From: an uncultured Bacilli bacterium
GTDB taxonomy: Bacteria; Bacillota_I; Bacilli_A; RF39; UBA660
Assembly: GCA_944331955.1 (NCBI GenBank)
Contig: CALVIY010000004.1
Coordinates: 1 to 63,257 of the forward strand
Length of the DNA stretch: 63,257 nt
Direction of reading: 5' to 3'
Below are positions 59,311 through 63,257 of the stretch, in pieces; position 1 is the stretch's first letter, and the number at the start of each line of letters is the position of its first letter. Both the position numbers and the translations under genes were made by a program. The notes beneath the pieces are model-generated. The model did no database searches. It had not been told where the DNA came from and saw only the letters and a program-made list of their open reading frames with translations.

Positions 59311-60459
59311 CTAAAATACACTAGCTAAATTATAGTGTAACTTTAATCCTTCTAATAATATGTTTAAACTTGCATTTATATCTCTATCATTATGAGTTCC
59401 ACATTTTGGACAATCATATTCTCTTATACTTAAATCTTTTAACTTACTATTCTTGTATCCACAACTTGAACATACCTGACTACTTGGATAATAGGTATTT
59501 ATCTTATAATAAAACTTTCCTTTTATCTTACATTTCCATTCTATTAGAGAACGTAATGTACTAACACATGCATCTGATAGACTTTTATTAAATGCTTTTT
59601 TCTTATCTTTAAACATATCTGCTACTTTTAAACTCTCTGTTACTATAATATCATGTTCATCTACTATTTCGTTCGCTATATTATTTAAATAATGTTTTCT
59701 ATAATTCTTTATTTTAGTGTGTATCCTCGCTATCTTTTCTTTTGTCTTTAAATAGTTCTTACTACCTTTAACTTGTCTCGATAACTTTCTTTGTAATCTT
59801 TTTAATCTCTTTTCATATTTCATTAATACTTTATCATTACCATATTTAATACCATCACTTGTTACTACTAAATCTTTTATACCTAAGTCTATTCCTACTA
59901 TACTTGTAGGTGTTACTTTTTCTATTAAAATATCTTCTTCTACTAGTACACTCACATAATACTTATTAGTTGCATCTTTTGAAATAGTAGCATTAATTAT
60001 CTTACCTTCTATTCTTTCTTTATCTCTATATCCTCTTATTTTTACCTTACCTAATTTGGGCAATTTTATAAATCTAGTTAGTAAATCTACTTCTATATTA
60101 CTATACTCTTTTCCTTTATAAGTACTTCTTATAAGGCTAGTTCTATAAGACTGTCTTGAAAACTTACTCTTAAAATTTGGATATCCACTTCTTTTTGCAA
60201 AGAAGTTATTAAAACCATCTTCTAAATCAAATATAGAGCATCTTAAGGCACATGAATCTACTTCTTTAAGATATTCGTAATCATCTTCTAATTCTTTTAA
60301 ATCTTTACATAAATTAAATGATTTTTGTACGCCATTTTCTTTTTGATAATTTAAATAATAGTTATAAACAAATCTACTACATCCAAAGGTCTTATGTATC
60401 AATATTCTTTGTTTTTCTTTCGGATATAATCTAAATTTATATGCTCTATATATTCCCAT
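59311..60459 (-). CDS. tnpB: RNA-guided endonuclease TnpB
   Basis: GIDLG, VTESL and DRDINA RuvC residues intact; 382 aa like copy 1. Confidence 0.95.
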   Translation of the reverse strand: MGIYRAYKFRLYPKEKQRILIHKTFGCSRFVYNYYLNYQKENGVQKSFNLCKDLKELEDDYEYLKEVDSCALRCSIFDLEDGFNNFFAKRSGYPNFKSKFSRQSYRTSLIRSTYKGKEYSNIEVDLLTRFIKLPKLGKVKIRGYRDKERIEGKIINATISKDATNKYYVSVLVEEDILIEKVTPTSIVGIDLGIKDLVVTSDGIKYGNDKVLMKYEKRLKRLQRKLSRQVKGSKNYLKTKEKIARIHTKIKNYRKHYLNNIANEIVDEHDIIVTESLKVADMFKDKKKAFNKSLSDACVSTLRSLIEWKCKIKGKFYYKINTYYPSSQVCSSCGYKNSKLKDLSIREYDCPKCGTHNDRDINASLNILLEGLKLHYNLASVF

Positions 60460-60582
60460 AATACGAACCCTCTTTCTTGTAACTTAAGTGTACTATACAA
60501 AATATACGTTCGTCAATACATAAATTCGACTTTTATCCAAAAAACTTTCCTTATAGATAAAAAAAGAGAATACCAGTTCTCT

Positions 60583-63012
60583 TTATACACTTTCTATATA
60601 TTCCATAAGTTTCAAGAACAGCTTCATATGTTCATGAGACAATCCTTCTTTTCTAAGTTTACGAATCGCAATTCTCTTCTTCTTAATAGGCATATCACTA
60701 AATATAATATTAGCAAGTTTTTCTTTTAAATAAGTACTAATCTGCAAATCCATTAAGATACTATCTATATCTTCATTAATAAGTCTAACTGCATCAATCT
60801 CAATATCACTACCTTTACAATTAATAGTTAACTGTCCAATTGTATTAACATTATTAACTTCAACTATAAAGTCATTTTCTTCTATATACATAGACTCTAT
60901 CTTAATCTGTTGATCATTATAATGAGCAGATACATCATTAGCCATCTTCGTATTTCTAAATCTAAACTTATAATTACGCCTCATAGGAGCAATACCACTT
61001 TTACCTTCAACAGATCTAATAATTACCGTATAATTATTCTGCATATAATTATAATCAATCTCTGTCTTTAAGTAATAACCTTCTTTATATAATGAAGTAA
61101 GTCCATCATCTTCATATAAAGTATAAGTATTAGAAACTCCAGGAAAAATATGAATTTCCATATCTAAAGGAAGACCTACATTATTAACATCACTTCTATT
61201 AGATAAAGGAATAACAGAACCTGCTTTCGCAAACACTGGATAATCTTCCTCTTTAAAGAAAGAAACATATTTCTTATTACCAGGAAACTTCTTACCAGTT
61301 TTAAAGTCATACCAAATTCCATCAGGTATATAAAAACGATGTATTGTCCTATTCATAACATTATCTTTTCTAAAAAGTATTGGGCAAACAAGTAACTCAC
61401 TTCCTAAGAAGTATTGATATCTATAGTTACTATCATCTATAACCCACTTATATTTATAATAGAAAGGTTCAATTAACATTTGTGCATTTTTATAATAGTT
61501 ATAACTCTCTGTATATAAGTAAGGAATTAATCTATGTCTTAAACGTAAATAGTCATTAACAATAGTTTCTGTTTTAATATCCCATCTCCAAGGTTCTCTT
61601 TTATAATAATTACCACGTGCTGCATGGAATCTAAGAATTGGACTAAATGTTCCAAGTTCTACATATCTAATATATAATTCACTTTCTTCTATACCACCAT
61701 GGTTGCCACCAACATCATGTGACCAAAAAGAAACACCAATATTAGCAGCAGCCATCATACTAGAAGATATTTCTTTTAATCCATCCCAAGATACCTCTGT
61801 ACTACCAGCATAAAGAATAGGATATCTATGAGCGGCATATATACCATTACGGCTTAGCATAATACTTCTTTTAGCAGGATTTCTTCCAATATCTTTATAA
61901 TTATAATGATTATAAGCAAGAAGTTTTAAAGCATTGTTTCCAGCTTTATAATCGTGCCAAAAGAAATCAACACCTAAAGATTCTAAAGGATGTAAAAATA
62001 GTTTAAAATATACATCTAATAATTTAGGATTCAAAGGATCAAAAGCAATTATTTTATTACCATTAATACCTAAATATGAACAGGCTTGAGAATAATATGT
62101 CTCATGAGGATATATACCTTCTGTAGGATCTATCTCTAAACCAAGTCTTATATTATGACCATGTAAAAACTTAGAAATCTCACTAGGATCAGGAAATAAT
62201 TCTTTATTAAAAGTAAAACCAGTATGTAAATTCTTAGCATTACCTACATTACGATAATGCCAATCTCTATCTAATAAGAATACTGCTAAAGGAACATTAC
62301 GTCTTTCAAAATCAGAAACTATTTCTTTAAGACTCTCTTCATTATAAGTAGTATTACGACTCCACCAATTACCTAAAGCATAACGAGGAATAAGTTCAGG
62401 ATTACCTGTTAAATGGAAATAATCTTTCATAGCAAGAGCGAAATCATCTTTATACATAAATACATAAATATCAACGCTTCCCTTTTCTCTTTCATACAAA
62501 GTTCCATCAGAACTAAACAAAAGACTATTACTATCATCAAAACTAGCGAAACCTTCAAGAGAATAAAGACCTCTTCGTAATGGTTTAGGAGTATTAATAT
62601 CTTCACTAATCATATTACCTCCTAAATTACGTACTTCAGGATGACCATAATACCAATCTCTATCATTTTCTTTACCACCCATGAACAAAGTAATTTTCAA
62701 ATTTTTCATAGGATCAACTTTAGTACCAGAAAACGGTGCCTCTTTAACATAAGTAAGACGAAAATATTTAGTAGTAATCTCTAAAAACTTAGAGTCTTGT
62801 TTAGTTTGATATGTTGGGTACATAAAAGCTCTATTAGAAACAAATTGACTAGGAACATCAACAAAAACACCACTAGGAGTATATTCAAGTCTAACTAATC
62901 TTTCAGAAAGAACAGTAATACGATAATGTTTACCTTTATAAATACATTTATCATCACTCTTCGCTTTACTTCCATCAATTTCAAACTGTTTTCCTAATGG
63001 ATACATAGTCAT
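60583..63012 (-). CDS. GH31-family glycoside hydrolase-like protein with DUF5110; start corrected
   Basis: GAAGGAG RBS before ATG at 63012; LDRDWH, VDFFWHD, WSHDVGG and LRLRHRLIPYLY motifs. Confidence 0.85.
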   Translation of the reverse strand: MTMYPLGKQFEIDGSKAKSDDKCIYKGKHYRITVLSERLVRLEYTPSGVFVDVPSQFVSNRAFMYPTYQTKQDSKFLEITTKYFRLTYVKEAPFSGTKVDPMKNLKITLFMGGKENDRDWYYGHPEVRNLGGNMISEDINTPKPLRRGLYSLEGFASFDDSNSLLFSSDGTLYEREKGSVDIYVFMYKDDFALAMKDYFHLTGNPELIPRYALGNWWSRNTTYNEESLKEIVSDFERRNVPLAVFLLDRDWHYRNVGNAKNLHTGFTFNKELFPDPSEISKFLHGHNIRLGLEIDPTEGIYPHETYYSQACSYLGINGNKIIAFDPLNPKLLDVYFKLFLHPLESLGVDFFWHDYKAGNNALKLLAYNHYNYKDIGRNPAKRSIMLSRNGIYAAHRYPILYAGSTEVSWDGLKEISSSMMAAANIGVSFWSHDVGGNHGGIEESELYIRYVELGTFSPILRFHAARGNYYKREPWRWDIKTETIVNDYLRLRHRLIPYLYTESYNYYKNAQMLIEPFYYKYKWVIDDSNYRYQYFLGSELLVCPILFRKDNVMNRTIHRFYIPDGIWYDFKTGKKFPGNKKYVSFFKEEDYPVFAKAGSVIPLSNRSDVNNVGLPLDMEIHIFPGVSNTYTLYEDDGLTSLYKEGYYLKTEIDYNYMQNNYTVIIRSVEGKSGIAPMRRNYKFRFRNTKMANDVSAHYNDQQIKIESMYIEENDFIVEVNNVNTIGQLTINCKGSDIEIDAVRLINEDIDSILMDLQISTYLKEKLANIIFSDMPIKKKRIAIRKLRKEGLSHEHMKLFLKLMEYIESV

Positions 63013-63257
63013 ATCTCCTTCCCAACCTTTTATTCTCTTTAATTTTAACATAAAATAGAAATAATTAAAAGACAAAATAAAAGGAGTTATACACAATGCT
63101 ATAACTCCAGCAATAATATTAACTAGCAAGAGACATTACAATACGAAATGAACCACCACCACCAGGACCTCCAACTATCTCCCTAGTTTGACAGTTTTAA
63201 TATAAAAATCTTTGCAAGCCTAGATAAAATCTAGTTTTTTTATATTTTTATACTTGC

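Larger units (their letters stand above)
59143..60556 (-). mobile_element. IS200/IS605-family tnpB-only element, copy 2 (1414 bp)
   Basis: Same ends as copy 1; 5' flank TTTAT. Confidence 0.85.

Noticed and set aside
4473-59564. Short antisense or alternate-frame ORFs in the track (e.g. 4473, 6918, 9592, 10399, 11116, 12533, 15285, 16185, 16797, 19091, 24517, 25739, 26548, 28093, 29379, 31943, 32872, 33098, 34979, 36267, 37114, 41258, 44110, 49807, 50660, 53404, 55009, 55258, 59370)
   Set aside because: They shadow well-supported genes, lack an RBS and have no recognisable motifs
50601-60459. TnpB copies as Cas12 effectors or nuclease-dead TldR regulators
   Set aside because: No CRISPR array; RuvC D-E-D residues intact; guides are simply the flanking DNA
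63013-63200. GC-richer stretch (GGAGGTCCTGGTGGTGGTGGT) and a hydrophobic frame upstream of GH31
   Set aside because: Frames are interrupted by stops, no clear fold or start, and the window edge limits context

Overview
AT-rich chromosomal window, probably from an uncultured gut Bacilli lineage (RF39-like; this is inference from gene content and style). UGA is used as stop. (1) 143-5333 holds host envelope genes: YfhO and two DUF3048 paralogs, with a 39-bp triple repeat between them. (2) A 32,751-bp siphovirus-type prophage (5605-38357) is integrated by a large serine recombinase into the middle of a cwlJ-like spore cortex hydrolase gene. attL and attR are readable, and excision restores an in-frame 143-aa protein, as in skin or SPbeta. 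(3) Inside the tail module is the most striking structure: a 24-codon leader ORF with a G8 run, followed by three receptor-binding-like genes that share an N-terminal peptide. The three reading frames of the G run stop at three different places, and two long-range inverted repeats could loop out cassette 1 or cassettes 1+2. This suggests a three-state, phase-variable translational switch among tail adhesins, a system I am not aware of having been described. (4) 38599-63257 is host DNA: tRNA-Trp, a HD hydrolase, a frameshifted hydrolase, an ABC exporter with a leader-peptide attenuator, ezrA, rpsD, a collagen-like protein, tyrS with T-box, murI, truA, degenerate ECF ATPases without ecfT, a GH31 lacking its acid/base Asp, and two tnpB-only IS200/IS605 elements inserted next to TTTAT. 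All family assignments come from recognising motifs by eye; no searches were run.
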